IMG/VR virus record: IMGVR_UViG_3300023213_000167
Span: 762-64,761 of that record
Source: a virus
Length of the DNA: 64,000 nucleotides
Strand: one strand, 5' to 3'
The position numbers and the translations under genes are program-made. The notes under the pieces were generated by a model that made no database searches, was not told where the DNA came from, and worked only from the letters and a program-made list of their open reading frames with translations. Positions within the stretch are counted from its first letter, which is position 1, and the number at the start of each line of letters is the position of its first letter. Positions 53,878 through 64,000 of the stretch are shown one piece after another.

Positions 53878-55794
53878 TTGGCGAATCTGGCAACGCAAGA
53901 TTATCCCGCGCGTAGCGAGGGGCAGGCTAACGTCGAAGACGTTAAGCGTGCCACAACGGAGCGGGAGCTGTGGGAATGGCTTGACAGCCTCACCGACCAT
54001 GCCGACCGCGTGCGCGTGGAAGAGGCCAAGTTCGAGCAGTTCGACCGGTACATGGACATGTACTACGGTCACCACTGGCCCGAAACTATGCCTTCCTTCC
54101 GGCCGCCGGTGGTTGTTAATGAGCTGCGCACGCTGATCTTGAACGAAGCCAGTGATCTCATTGACGCTACGCCGCGTATCTATGTCATGCGTGACCCCAC
54201 CAACGGCCAGCGCGACGAGGATGTAGAACGGGCCCTGCGCGCCATATGGGTACGTGAAGAAGTTGATCTGAAGGTTATGAACGCCATTTGCTGGGCGCTG
54301 ATTCTCGGCACCGGCTTTTTGCGTGTTCAGTGGGACCCGGACGCGGCCAACGGCCTGGGTGACGTCATTGTCAACGACGTCGATCCACGCTTCGTTTTGC
54401 CTGACCCCGACGCGGTGGACGATCACAAGTGGGCCTACGTAATCGTCGAAAGCTTCACCGACATCTCTGAGGTCCGCCGGCTATTCCCGGTCAGCGGCAT
54501 GAAGGTCAAGCCCGAGGACAAGTGGAGCATCCGCGACAAACGGCGCGATGTCCCGGGTACCGTGGGCAGCGCAGGCTTCTACAGCGGCCCCATGAGCAAC
54601 CAGGCGAGCCTGCTGGGCAAGGAGCTGGAAGGGTTCAAGAAAGCACGGGCGCGCGTGCTGGACTGTGTTATCCGTGACGATCGGACCGATATCAAGGTTA
54701 CGGAGGTCAAGGGACCCGATGGCAAAGAAGTCCTTGACGAGGGCGGCAAGCCTAAGCTGGAAATCAAAGAGGTGCCCTTGTATCCCAACGGGCGGCGCAT
54801 CGTGGGGGCAAACGGCGTTATCCTCTTTGACGGTGATAACCCAAATCCTGGTGGCGATTTCGGTATTATTCGAGTTATTCTAGAGCCCACGCTGAACAAG
54901 TTCTGGGGGGAAGGCTTCGTCAGCCAGACCATGGAACTACAATTGGCGGCCGACAGTTTGATGTCGGGGGTTGTGGAGAACGCCAAACGCCTGAATAACG
55001 GCATTGTCAAGGCTACCACCAACACAGGCGTTGACTGGGAATCCTTTGCAGGGATGCCCGGGCAAATTGTCCAGATTAACCAGGGCAGCGACTTCGACAT
55101 CATGTATCCGCACCCCATGCCCCCCGACATGATACAGGCCCCGTGGCAAGCGTTGGACATGCAACGGCGGCTGCTCGGGTTCCCGCAGGCGCGCGCGGGA
55201 GAGTCCGGTAGGGGTAACGTTTCACCGGAGCTTACCGAGACTGAGATCACTCAGGCGCAGGGAGTTACCCGCCTGCGTAGCCGCATGATGTACTTCATCA
55301 TCAAGCGGTTGGCGGAGATGATATTCGCGCGTATGGCCAGCGGGTACATGACCCCGCGGGTCATCCCGGCGGTTGAGGGGGAGCGGTTTAAGCCGGTGCG
55401 CTGGCAGCCCATGGAGCGCCCCGAGCGTTACAGCCTATACATAGATCCTACATCCTTCCAGGTCATGTCCCGCAGCATGCTGAAGCGGTTCGGCCTGGCC
55501 CTGTACAAACTGGGCGCCATCGACCGTCTGGCCTTACTAGAGGCTGTCGGTTGGCCCAATTGGGAAGAGGTGGCACAGCGTATGCAGCAGGCACAAAGTG
55601 GTCAGCCCAAGCCAAAGGTTAGCGTCAGCCTTAAGGGTGAGGTGGACAAGTACGTAGCCACCGACCTGGCCGAGGGTGTGGACCCACGGCCGCACGATAT
55701 GCAACGCCGTCAGCAGTCACAACAAATGCAGTCCACCATGATGTCAGGTGGCGGCCCCGGCGCCGTGATGCCGGGTGGAGGCCCGGGTATTTAA
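53878..55794 (+). CDS. Portal (head-tail connector) protein
   Basis: 638 aa; YYGHHW, PPVVVNELR, GTGFLRVQWD and FWGEG pattern; located between terL and the scaffold. Confidence 0.9.
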   Translation: MANLATQDYPARSEGQANVEDVKRATTERELWEWLDSLTDHADRVRVEEAKFEQFDRYMDMYYGHHWPETMPSFRPPVVVNELRTLILNEASDLIDATPRIYVMRDPTNGQRDEDVERALRAIWVREEVDLKVMNAICWALILGTGFLRVQWDPDAANGLGDVIVNDVDPRFVLPDPDAVDDHKWAYVIVESFTDISEVRRLFPVSGMKVKPEDKWSIRDKRRDVPGTVGSAGFYSGPMSNQASLLGKELEGFKKARARVLDCVIRDDRTDIKVTEVKGPDGKEVLDEGGKPKLEIKEVPLYPNGRRIVGANGVILFDGDNPNPGGDFGIIRVILEPTLNKFWGEGFVSQTMELQLAADSLMSGVVENAKRLNNGIVKATTNTGVDWESFAGMPGQIVQINQGSDFDIMYPHPMPPDMIQAPWQALDMQRRLLGFPQARAGESGRGNVSPELTETEITQAQGVTRLRSRMMYFIIKRLAEMIFARMASGYMTPRVIPAVEGERFKPVRWQPMERPERYSLYIDPTSFQVMSRSMLKRFGLALYKLGAIDRLALLEAVGWPNWEEVAQRMQQAQSGQPKPKVSVSLKGEVDKYVATDLAEGVDPRPHDMQRRQQSQQMQSTMMSGGGPGAVMPGGGPGI

Positions 55795-56355
55795 ATGGCA
55801 GTAACGTTGCTCGCGATTTGTCCCACGTGCCAAGAGATTCGTTACCGTAGCCGCCCTCTCGTGAAAGGAGACCTTCCTACCGCCAATGACTTCACACCCG
55901 TCGGAGAAGGCGTGCCGCCCGCCGCGGGCGATATCCCGATGTGTCACGTGTGCCAAGCTGTCCTTAAGGTGGGACCAGAGGCGCCTATTGATCGTACACC
56001 AAATCCTGGCACACGCCCAATTATCCGCCCCGCGAGTACGGTACCCACACCGGAAACCGTATTTGAAGTGAGGGATGGCGAATCCATTGCGGACATACGC
56101 CAATTCAACGACGGCATCGTCGTATTCACCAACCGCCGCATTGTAAGGCTTCCCCTACTGTGAACGGTGTAAGCATCCGCCGCTGGACAGAGACGGGGGA
56201 TTACTGGGTGGTGGAGGGCAGTGTGGCCGGGACCGACATCAGCGTAGACATTCCCAAAATGTATCTAGAGGGTATGGACAAAGCGCAGCGCGAGATGTTT
56301 GCGCGTGTCAAATTATATCAAATGGCCCGCGCCATGCAAAACAGAGGATAACGAT

Positions 56356-56523
56356 ATGCCCGCAGTCAGTGAAAAACAACGTCGATTTATGGGCGCAGAC
56401 CTTGCACGCGCCCGGGCCGGACAAAAGACCCGTACGGGTATGAATGCCGGCCAGCTACGCGATTTCGCGCGCAAACCTATCGCGCGCGGAGGAGCCCGGC
56501 GATCAAGCCGCGGCTCATATTAA
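56356..56523 (+). CDS. Small basic phage protein
   Basis: MPAVSEKQRRFMGADLARARAGQKTRTGMNAGQLRDFA, a motif recalled from many phage head modules; GAGG RBS. Confidence 0.65.
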   Translation: MPAVSEKQRRFMGADLARARAGQKTRTGMNAGQLRDFARKPIARGGARRSSRGSY

Positions 56524-56755
56524 GGAGAAAATCTAATGGCTAAGAGTCCCGTAGGGATTCCCACGCCGGATCATGGCGGGATGGATGACCCTTCTCTAGG
56601 CTCCGAACAGGTCTTCCTTGGACCTATGTATCAGGGCCCCTATAAGGGCGCATCGTTGGGCGCCTATCCGGTGCGCAATACTAAGGGCGAGAGTGTGATT
56701 GATGTTCACATTCCCGACCCCCTTGGCCTTAAAAAGGCCTAAGGGAGACTAACCT

Positions 56756-57202
56756 ATGCCAATGCCGGGAGCGATGATGCCCGGTGGGCCAGGTGGTGGC
56801 GGTGGTGGTATGCCGCCTGGAAGCCCCGGCGACAACAGCGGTATGGGCGGGCTTGGCCAGGACCCGAACAGTGCGGCCGCACTGTCGGCAATGGACCTGC
56901 TCAGCCCTAAGCAGGCAAATCCCACCGCGGCACTACAGCAGGTAGAGGAAGCGCTTAAGCTCGCGCACCAGTTGGTTGTGTCCAGCATCCCACAAATCAG
57001 CCAGTGGGCCCCTAAAAGTGCCAAGGACCTTCACAGCGCAGGGCGCGCAATCATTCAGGTACTAGAGGAACTACACGTCGACCAGCCTCTCATGCCACCC
57101 CCAGACCTGATGCTGGGTATGCAGCCCGGCCCAGGCGCCGCAAGCCAAATGGGCGGCGGCGGTATGGGCGGAGGCGCGGCAGGCTTTGGGTCGCCGGCGT
57201 AG
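56756..57202 (+). CDS. G/P/M-rich head-module protein
   Basis: 148 aa; low-complexity ends around a helical core; AGGGAG RBS. Confidence 0.6.
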   Translation: MPMPGAMMPGGPGGGGGGMPPGSPGDNSGMGGLGQDPNSAAALSAMDLLSPKQANPTAALQQVEEALKLAHQLVVSSIPQISQWAPKSAKDLHSAGRAIIQVLEELHVDQPLMPPPDLMLGMQPGPGAASQMGGGGMGGGAAGFGSPA

Positions 57203-57273
57203 TCAACCTAGGTACCGTATCACCCCGAGACTGACAACCCTCAGTCGGAACTGCCCGCGAAACAGTCACCCGA

Positions 57274-58062
57274 TTGGCGGATCAGGAGGATAAGATGCCC
57301 TCATTCGAGGAAATCATTGGAGATGACAAGACTTTCACCAACGACCGCAAAGTACTGGTCGGCGACGTGGAAGTCTCATTGGGAGACATTAGGAAGGGTT
57401 ACTTGCGAGACGCGGACTACCGTCGCAAGACGGAAGACGTGGCTAATCGCCGTCGGCAATTCGAACAGGAACGTATCGAGTTTGAGAACCAACGCCTTAC
57501 CGCCGAGCAGCAGTTGGCGGCTATGGCGCAGCAGATTACCCAGCGGCAGCCTGGCGTGACCAAGGATGAGGCTGAGGAGATCCTCGAACGTGACCCTGTT
57601 GCCAAGAGGCTGCGCAGCGAGATTCGCGAAGCAACCGCGGCTGTAAGGGAGATGCAGGAAACCGTCGGTCAGTTGCGACGGGACAGCAAAATGCAGGAGC
57701 AAATGTTCATTGCTGATCAGCACCGCAGGGTGCTAGCAGCCCTGAAGCAGTTTGACCCTGCGTTGGATGAGGATGGCCTGATTAACTACGCGCGTACGCG
57801 TGGTATCCCCCGGCTTGATGACGCATATAAGCTGTACAAGTTTGACGACATCGTCAAAGGTGTGCAGGACAAGACGCGCGAGGAAGCCACCACTACCGCG
57901 TATGAAAAGGCCAAGAAGGATCTAACTCAGCCAGTTGTTCCCGCAACCCGGGTGGTCAAGCCTGCCCCTGACGCGCCGAAGGACTTCGAGGAGGCCGCAT
58001 CCGCGGCTATCAATGACCCAGAGATTCTGAAAGAGCTCTCTCAATGGAGCAGTGTCAGATAG
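57274..58062 (+). CDS. Capsid scaffolding protein
   Basis: KGYLRDADYRRKTEDVA motif and coiled coil, immediately upstream of the capsid gene. Confidence 0.85.
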   Translation: MADQEDKMPSFEEIIGDDKTFTNDRKVLVGDVEVSLGDIRKGYLRDADYRRKTEDVANRRRQFEQERIEFENQRLTAEQQLAAMAQQITQRQPGVTKDEAEEILERDPVAKRLRSEIREATAAVREMQETVGQLRRDSKMQEQMFIADQHRRVLAALKQFDPALDEDGLINYARTRGIPRLDDAYKLYKFDDIVKGVQDKTREEATTTAYEKAKKDLTQPVVPATRVVKPAPDAPKDFEEAASAAINDPEILKELSQWSSVR

Positions 58063-58084
58063 ACGTCGCCCCTTAAGGCGACGT
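58063..58084 (+). promoter_or_regulatory. Intergenic 8-bp hairpin before the capsid gene
   Basis: acgtcgcc-ccttaa-ggcgacgt; no U-tract, so more likely an mRNA stability or processing element. Confidence 0.4.
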
Positions 58085-58100
58085 ACGACGGAGATCTCTC

Positions 58101-59087
58101 ATGGCAGTCGGTGTGAGTGCGTCGCAGCCCCCTGTGACGCTAATCAATACCGCGAACGCCGTGTCGCAGAAGCATTTCCGTCCGGTACTTGTTGACGCCA
58201 TTTTCAAGCCTTCACCGGCTTGGTGGCGGATGACCCGACTGGGTCGCAAGCTACAGGGCGGGGCTGCAATTGTGCTACCGGTGTCTTACGCGGAGGAAAC
58301 GACGGGCGGTGCGTACTGGGGTGCCAACATCCTAGATACGTCCCTCTCGGACAGCATCCAGCCGGCGGAGTGGCAGTGGCGCCATTATTTCCAGGCCATT
58401 GTCATCCCGTATACGGACATTCTGTTTAACGCCGGCCCGGGCCAGGTTATCGACCTGATCAAGGCTAAGGAAGAGATTGCAATGGCCTCGCTGTTGCAAA
58501 AGCTCTCGCGTGCGCTGTGGCATACATCGCCCCAGAACACGACCAACGATCTAGATGACCTCATCGCGGCGATTATTACCACCAACAACACGTATGGTGG
58601 TATCAACCGTGGTTCGGCAGCCAACTCTTTCTGGATCAGCGGTAACGGGTCGGGGCCGACTTCCCTCGGTACTAACCTAACCCTCGCCGCCATGCAGTCT
58701 GAGTACGGCAAGATCACGTTCGGTAATGAAGAGCCGGATACCATTTTGACGACGCAAAGCGCTTACAACGCTATGTGGAACCTGATGGTTGGCAACATCC
58801 GGTACCCCGTCCAGGACGAAGAGACGGCGCGCATGGGCTTCAAGCGGCACCTCGTGTTTAACAACAGCGTGGTGTTGCATGACCAGTTCCTGCCCGCCCA
58901 GGAGATGTTCTTCCTGAACACGAAGTATGTGTGCGTCTACTTCCACCAAGACGATTACTTCGTCATCGATCCGTTCCTTAAGCCGTCCAACCAGCGTGTC
59001 TTGGTCAGCAACATCTTCGTAACCCTCAACGTGTTGGTGAAGAACCCGCGTATGTGCAGCGCGATCACCAGCATCACGAACGGTTAA
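58101..59087 (+). CDS. Major capsid protein
   Basis: 328 aa after the scaffold; GGAAIVLPVSY, EPDTILTT, FNNSVVLHD and FFLNTKY pattern. Confidence 0.85.
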   Translation: MAVGVSASQPPVTLINTANAVSQKHFRPVLVDAIFKPSPAWWRMTRLGRKLQGGAAIVLPVSYAEETTGGAYWGANILDTSLSDSIQPAEWQWRHYFQAIVIPYTDILFNAGPGQVIDLIKAKEEIAMASLLQKLSRALWHTSPQNTTNDLDDLIAAIITTNNTYGGINRGSAANSFWISGNGSGPTSLGTNLTLAAMQSEYGKITFGNEEPDTILTTQSAYNAMWNLMVGNIRYPVQDEETARMGFKRHLVFNNSVVLHDQFLPAQEMFFLNTKYVCVYFHQDDYFVIDPFLKPSNQRVLVSNIFVTLNVLVKNPRMCSAITSITNG

Positions 59088-59102
59088 GGAGGAGGATCAG
59101 AC

Positions 59103-59555
59103 ATGGCTTTCGCAATCACGCGTGTCACCTTTGGTACACCTACGAATTTCGTAGGTTTGTCCATCCCTGGTAACGCCGCATCTGGGGGCCCGACCTACGC
59201 GTCAGGTTCCACCACCGCCCTTGCGGTGGCCGCGGCGGCTACGACTAACGACGCCATCCAGAACATGGGCGTGACCTGTTCAGCCTTCCGTGCGGTGACG
59301 TATCTGCAAAGTGTCGCAGGTACCTCCACTATCTCGGTTGCGCTACAGGTTAGTTCATCTGCGACGTTTGCGTCGGATGTCAATACGGTAGACGTGAAGT
59401 TCGTCAACGCGGCCACGGGCAACGCCTATGTCCTAGAGCTGAAGGGCGAGCATGCGCTCGTCGCTGGCGCTCAGTACGTCAGGCTACAGTACGTGACCGG
59501 GACCGGTACGTCGGCAACGGCGGACGCGGCCTACTTCGCAGCGCCCTCGCCCTAA
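59103..59555 (+). CDS. Capsid decoration/cement-like protein
   Basis: 150 aa, A/T-rich; strong AAGGAGGAGG RBS directly after the capsid gene. Confidence 0.55.
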   Translation: MAFAITRVTFGTPTNFVGLSIPGNAASGGPTYASGSTTALAVAAAATTNDAIQNMGVTCSAFRAVTYLQSVAGTSTISVALQVSSSATFASDVNTVDVKFVNAATGNAYVLELKGEHALVAGAQYVRLQYVTGTGTSATADAAYFAAPSP

Positions 59556-59603
59556 AGGCGAATTGACGGGGGCCGGGGCAACCCGGCCTCCGCCGAGGCA
59601 CGA

Positions 59604-60503
59604 ATGGCGTTACAAGACCTTGTAACCAGTATCAGTCAGCAAATACCGGATCCCAACAATCTGGCGTTTTCGGTCCCGCAGCTCCTTGCTTGGATCAGCG
59701 ACGCCGGGGATACGTTGTGTGCTACGGTACCTGTGGTGCAGGACTGGTATGCCATCCAGGCGCAAACCGGGATGGACATATATCAACTCCCGCAACACAT
59801 ACAAAGCGTGGAACAGGCCTGGTTCGACCTCACGCCCCTTACCCGCACGGCGGAGATCGACGACATCTTCACGACCAAAATCACCGGCCGCAGCTGGTGG
59901 TTCGGGCCCCACAGCATCCACGCGAACCCGCGGCTACACGTCTGGCCGGCGCCCAACCGCACGGGCCTCACCACGACCCTCCTGGCCAATATCACCGCTA
60001 CGGATGGCGCCATTCCCGTGGATAACGTCGGTGTAGTTACGGCCACGTCCGCCAGTGGGTTCAAGGTCTTTGGTTTCTTGCAAATCGATAATGAGATCAT
60101 CCTATACAGGAATTTGCCTGGCACTGGTGGTCCCGGTCCCATCACCAACATACTGCGCGGCCAGGGGGGCACTATCGCCGCGGCCCACACAGCCGGTGCC
60201 ATCATCACTGAGCTTAACATCATGTTCAAATGTACCCGGTTGCCCAATCGGGTCACAGCTACGACCGATTTGCTGGAAGTGCCCCGCGGACTATGGCCAC
60301 TACTTGAGCTGTATGTCCTGGCGCGCGTGCGCAGCGTTGAGCAAGATGAGCAAACCGCCATGATGCTACGGCGGGAGTTTGATCAGATGGTGGAGAAACT
60401 GGCCCAGAAAAGCCAGATTAAGGGACTGCGGCAAGGTATTCAGGTCCGTGCACTGGCCCCCGGCTGGGGAGGACTGTTCCGTGGACGTACATACATTCCT
60501 TAG
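59604..60503 (+). CDS. Head-tail adaptor / tail tubular protein A-like
   Basis: 299 aa; LLAWISDA, YQLPQ, LHVWPAP motifs and position. Confidence 0.7.
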   Translation: MALQDLVTSISQQIPDPNNLAFSVPQLLAWISDAGDTLCATVPVVQDWYAIQAQTGMDIYQLPQHIQSVEQAWFDLTPLTRTAEIDDIFTTKITGRSWWFGPHSIHANPRLHVWPAPNRTGLTTTLLANITATDGAIPVDNVGVVTATSASGFKVFGFLQIDNEIILYRNLPGTGGPGPITNILRGQGGTIAAAHTAGAIITELNIMFKCTRLPNRVTATTDLLEVPRGLWPLLELYVLARVRSVEQDEQTAMMLRREFDQMVEKLAQKSQIKGLRQGIQVRALAPGWGGLFRGRTYIP

Positions 60504-60666
60504 CCACGTACCCTGGAGCATTCTGGTGGGCAATCTGTTGGTCGTGCCCGTGGTGCGCATGGTGTGGAACCTACGCGTGAACCATATTTCTCACATGCAA
60601 GAGTCCCTTGCGCGTATTGAGGCTAAGATAGACCGCCACCTTGAGTGGCATTCGGAGCAAAAGTAG
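60481..60666 (+). CDS. Small membrane protein
   Basis: GGAGG upstream; one TM segment then LARIEAKIDRHLEWH. Confidence 0.55.
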   Translation: MDVHTFLSHVPWSILVGNLLVVPVVRMVWNLRVNHISHMQESLARIEAKIDRHLEWHSEQK

Positions 60667-62252
60667 TGCCCCAGCGTCCTACCGGCCCGCTCATGCCCAT
60701 CCGCCAGACCGACTTTAGCGGAGGGGTCAATGCCGTCACCAACCCCTATGTTGTAGGCGAAAAGCAATTGCAGCGTGTGCGTAACATGCTGCTGGATGAG
60801 CACGGCTCCCTGCGGACCCGTGACGGCTTCAGCGTTATCAGCACCAGCCCGGCCGCCGGACCCATCCTCCTTCGCGGGCTGTTGAATCAGGTGAACGGCA
60901 CGCACAGCGCCTACGCCCTACAGCAGCAGATGAACGGCACTGCTCTTGTCCTGTATGACACCACCACCTCTCCCTGGACGGTTATAAACACCTTCAACTC
61001 TACCGAGTTCCTGCCCCAAAGCGTTACGATGAACAACACAGACATCATCGCGCTGGGGTATCAGACACCCGTCTCCTACAATGGAACCACCACCACGGCC
61101 ATTACTGCAGGGGCCGGGCAAAGCACGCCCCCGGGCGCCAAGCACATAGCGTTTCACCTGGCATCACTGTGGGTGTGGAATACAAACCCGGCGACTACCT
61201 CATCGGATGGCCCCAGCAGCCTGCGGGCGTCGGACGTGAACAACTTCAACAGCTGGCCCAACGCTAGCCAGGCATTCGTCGGTAAGGATGACGGTCAGGT
61301 TGGCATGGGCATGGCCACATATACCATTGCAGAGACCGGTATCAGTCCGACCCAGACCCTGGTGTTATTCAAGAACATTAGCTCTTATCAGGTGCTAGGC
61401 ACATTTGGCGCGACCAACTTCTCCGTCCAGAAGATCAAGACGGACATGGGCTGCATAGCACCCCGCACGATCCAGTTCGTGAGCGGTTTCGGCATTATCC
61501 GCCTGACCCACAAGGGTTTCGCCCTGTTCAACGGCGTGGATGACCGCCTCATCAGTGAGGAAGTGCGGCCTTATATTTACGGCCGGGACGACATCACGGC
61601 TATCAACTTCAGTTCGGTGGACCGTAGCTGGGCCGTGCAAAGTCAGAACCCGCCGCTATATATCGCCGCCTGCCCTGTGAACGGAACCAGTCTGCAGCGC
61701 TACTTCGTGTATGACCTGGTACGTAGGGCATGGACCATATGCGATTTCCCTGTGGACACCTCCTGTCTGTTTCTATACACCACGGCTAATACGCAGCCCC
61801 TCGTCCAGGCAGGCACCGCGGTAACTAACCAGCTACTACAGCTGTTCAGTGGCGCTGCTAACGACAACGGCACCGCCATCAACTGGTCCTTCCGTACACG
61901 AAACTACAATGCGGGTAGCCCCACCGGCCGCGCCTTCTTCAGACGTTTGATATTGGATTTCTTTTTCATTCCCATTGAGACCGTCACGGTCAGCAGCAAC
62001 GTGCTGGGAATCGGCACGCCCATTACCAAGACGGACAGCTTTGACGGCGCGCCACCTTCCGCCCTGTGGGGCACAGGAACGTGGGGTTCCATGGTGTGGG
62101 GGGCAACGGGGGCCGCGGATGGCCGGCAAGATGTAGACATCCTGCGAACGGCCCCATCCATTTACTACGACATCTCCGGCATCGGTCCCGTACGTTTGCG
62201 CGCCCTTGAGACGCAAATCCGAGTCAAACCCTTTACTCGCGCGGTGAGTTAA
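60666..62252 (+). CDS. Tail nozzle / tail tubular protein B-like
   Basis: DFSGGVN...RNMLLDEHGSLRTRDG N-terminus and beta-propeller-like body, about 530 aa. Confidence 0.75.
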   Translation: MPQRPTGPLMPIRQTDFSGGVNAVTNPYVVGEKQLQRVRNMLLDEHGSLRTRDGFSVISTSPAAGPILLRGLLNQVNGTHSAYALQQQMNGTALVLYDTTTSPWTVINTFNSTEFLPQSVTMNNTDIIALGYQTPVSYNGTTTTAITAGAGQSTPPGAKHIAFHLASLWVWNTNPATTSSDGPSSLRASDVNNFNSWPNASQAFVGKDDGQVGMGMATYTIAETGISPTQTLVLFKNISSYQVLGTFGATNFSVQKIKTDMGCIAPRTIQFVSGFGIIRLTHKGFALFNGVDDRLISEEVRPYIYGRDDITAINFSSVDRSWAVQSQNPPLYIAACPVNGTSLQRYFVYDLVRRAWTICDFPVDTSCLFLYTTANTQPLVQAGTAVTNQLLQLFSGAANDNGTAINWSFRTRNYNAGSPTGRAFFRRLILDFFFIPIETVTVSSNVLGIGTPITKTDSFDGAPPSALWGTGTWGSMVWGATGAADGRQDVDILRTAPSIYYDISGIGPVRLRALETQIRVKPFTRAVS

Positions 62253-62812
62253 TGCCCACAATCAGCCAAGGAATACCAGTCCCAGCTACACTTGCTACCG
62301 GGCAAATTGCCCAGGCGGCCGATGTAGTCACGTTATACAACTCGCTGAATGCCTTCGTCATCCCCAGCAGCGTGGGCGTCTTCCAGCAGGGCAACATCTC
62401 AGACACCGCCATCACGCTCACCATCGGGGGAACGGTTAACCAGGACTACACCATCAGTGCTGCCAATAACAAGACGTTGCTGGTATTGCTCACTTTTAAC
62501 TGGAGCACCAGCGGTGCCACCCTGACACCTGCGCTTACCCTGCGGGTGAACGGGGCCGCCGTCAGTGCGGCGCAGACGCTGAATGCTTCTGCCGCCCAAA
62601 GCGGGATGCTGTTTGCCTTCATTGGCCCACATGACGCCAACGCCGCACAGACGGTGCTGGCATGGACGATTGATAGTGGGGGCACGTCGAACCGCTTCGG
62701 GGCGAATGCGAACCTACCCACCGCTACCACCACCTCTGTCGGGGTCACTTTCAGCAATGCTACGGCCGGCACCCTTATTCTGCAGCACGCGCGTATTTGG
62801 CAGGAGGGTTAA
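62252..62812 (+). CDS. Tail-associated protein
   Basis: 186 aa; AQAADVVTLYNSL tail-anchor-like N-terminus. Confidence 0.55.
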   Translation: MPTISQGIPVPATLATGQIAQAADVVTLYNSLNAFVIPSSVGVFQQGNISDTAITLTIGGTVNQDYTISAANNKTLLVLLTFNWSTSGATLTPALTLRVNGAAVSAAQTLNASAAQSGMLFAFIGPHDANAAQTVLAWTIDSGGTSNRFGANANLPTATTTSVGVTFSNATAGTLILQHARIWQEG

Positions 62813-62956
62813 CGTGGACTTCCAAAAGGACCATGGCATGCCGATTATACCCCTGTGCAACTGCGGCCATCCCGAGCCCTACCACGGCAAGTATGGCTGT
62901 ACTACCGGTGACGGGCATAGTGTGTGTAATTGCCGTGAATACGCGGAGCATAACTA

Positions 62957-64000
62957 ATGCCGGTAGACTACGCCAGCAGCATTAACGTCTCTCCGTCCTC
63001 TCCCCTGTTCCAGCCATCTGGCTGGCAGGTGGGCAAGCAACCACTGTCGCTGCCGCCTACCGGTCCGGGTATCACCCTGGACGAGCTTATCCGACAGGCT
63101 ACCCAAATGAACCAGATGGGTGGAGCGGCCGCTGCTACCGGCCCCACTTCCGCGGTGAAATTGGCGTCTACAGGCAACCTGCCAACGGGTAACGTAGGTG
63201 GGGGTGCAACCGGCCAAACCACCGGTGCCACCGCCGCGGGCGGGCCCACGGGCGCGAATGATCCGCTATTGCAGGCGCTGCAGGCCACGGGCCTGGCTGC
63301 CAAACTTGGTGGCGGCTTGCTAAACCAAGCCGGGCAGCCACCGGCCACATCTACGCAGGGTCCAAACATGAGTGTGGCGGGATTGCAGGCTGCGCAAGAC
63401 CTGAACCCCGCCTTTAAGGACTTGAATCAGCAACAGTGGGATTGGCTTAGGGGAGCATTTGGTGACCCCACGCAGGCGGAGATTGAAGGGCCACACGCGC
63501 TGAACACGCAAGACATTAGTAACGTGAAAGGTTTGCAGGCAGATTATAGCCAGCCCTCCGTCGCATCCCGCGTCGCAGGCGGAGCTGGCGCGGGCCTCTC
63601 CGTTGCAGGAGGGGCATATGGGTTGTACACCGGAATCCGAGACGCCGCCAACGCCCGCAGTGAACAGGAGCGTAACGCCGCCATCGCTAACTCGATTGGC
63701 AGCGCTGCCAGCGTAGGCACAGGCGCCGCATCCCTGGCCGGGGTCGGCGGAGACGTTGCACCCGTGGTTGGGGCGGCGATTCAGGGCGGCACCGGCGTTT
63801 ACAATGCCGCAACTGCCAAGGGGTTATCAGACACAGAACGGGCCATCCTTGCAGGGTCTGAGGTGGGCAATGCAGCGGCGGGGTACTTCACCGGCGGCAT
63901 TTTGCCCATCGCGGAAACTGCCATCAGCGCGGCCGGGGGCCCCTCATGGCAAAGCCTACTCGTCAAGGCAATGGATGCACTGGGGCTGAACGAGCACAGT
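62957..64000 (+). CDS. Ejection-protein-like ORF, 3'-truncated, not in the ORF track
   Basis: ATG overlaps the previous TAA; frame read open for 348 codons to the window end; G/A/Q-rich (MPVDYASSINV...GAGAGLSVAGGAYGLYTG). Confidence 0.7.
   Translation, partial: MPVDYASSINVSPSSPLFQPSGWQVGKQPLSLPPTGPGITLDELIRQATQMNQMGGAAAATGPTSAVKLASTGNLPTGNVGGGATGQTTGATAAGGPTGANDPLLQALQATGLAAKLGGGLLNQAGQPPATSTQGPNMSVAGLQAAQDLNPAFKDLNQQQWDWLRGAFGDPTQAEIEGPHALNTQDISNVKGLQADYSQPSVASRVAGGAGAGLSVAGGAYGLYTGIRDAANARSEQERNAAIANSIGSAASVGTGAASLAGVGGDVAPVVGAAIQGGTGVYNAATAKGLSDTERAILAGSEVGNAAAGYFTGGILPIAETAISAAGGPSWQSLLVKAMDALGLNEHS

Noticed and set aside
59568-59592. GCAA-capped hairpin after the decoration gene as an intrinsic terminator
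   Set aside because: The stem is good but there is no U-tract, so at most it is a pause or stability element.

Overview
Essentially the whole window is one ~60% GC tailed dsDNA phage with podovirus-like gene order, probably most of a circularly permuted genome, since putative ejection-protein genes run off both ends. (1) 1-9.2 kb (+): ejection proteins, two receptor-binding proteins and lysis genes, ending at a terminator. (2) 9.3-22.4 kb (-): replication and nucleotide metabolism, including RuvC-like resolvase, dNTP diphosphohydrolase, deoxyribosyltransferase-like protein, DnaB helicase, PD-(D/E)xK nuclease, SSB, UDG-PolA fusion, 2OG-Fe(II) oxygenase-like protein and TOPRIM primase. (3) 22.5-29.8 kb (-): amidoligase cluster (ATP-grasp, GNAT, two phiEco32-type COOH-NH2 ligases, class II glutamine amidotransferase). 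(4) 30-42.6 kb (-): early/accessory region of tiny ORFs with ten copies of a 16-bp palindrome GTCAAC-N4-GTTGAC, aberrant tRNA-like elements, a ~700-nt ORF-poor structured stretch, and a 339-aa orphan gene whose leader and trailer are complementary with G-U wobbles. (5) 42.5-43.2 kb: divergent control region. (6) 43.2-64 kb (+): histidine phosphatase, a sigma-70-like factor inside a 535-aa protein, terminase, portal, scaffold, capsid, tail tube and an ejection protein. No integrase, CRISPR array or reverse transcriptase was recognised. All family calls are from motif recognition by eye; no searches were run.
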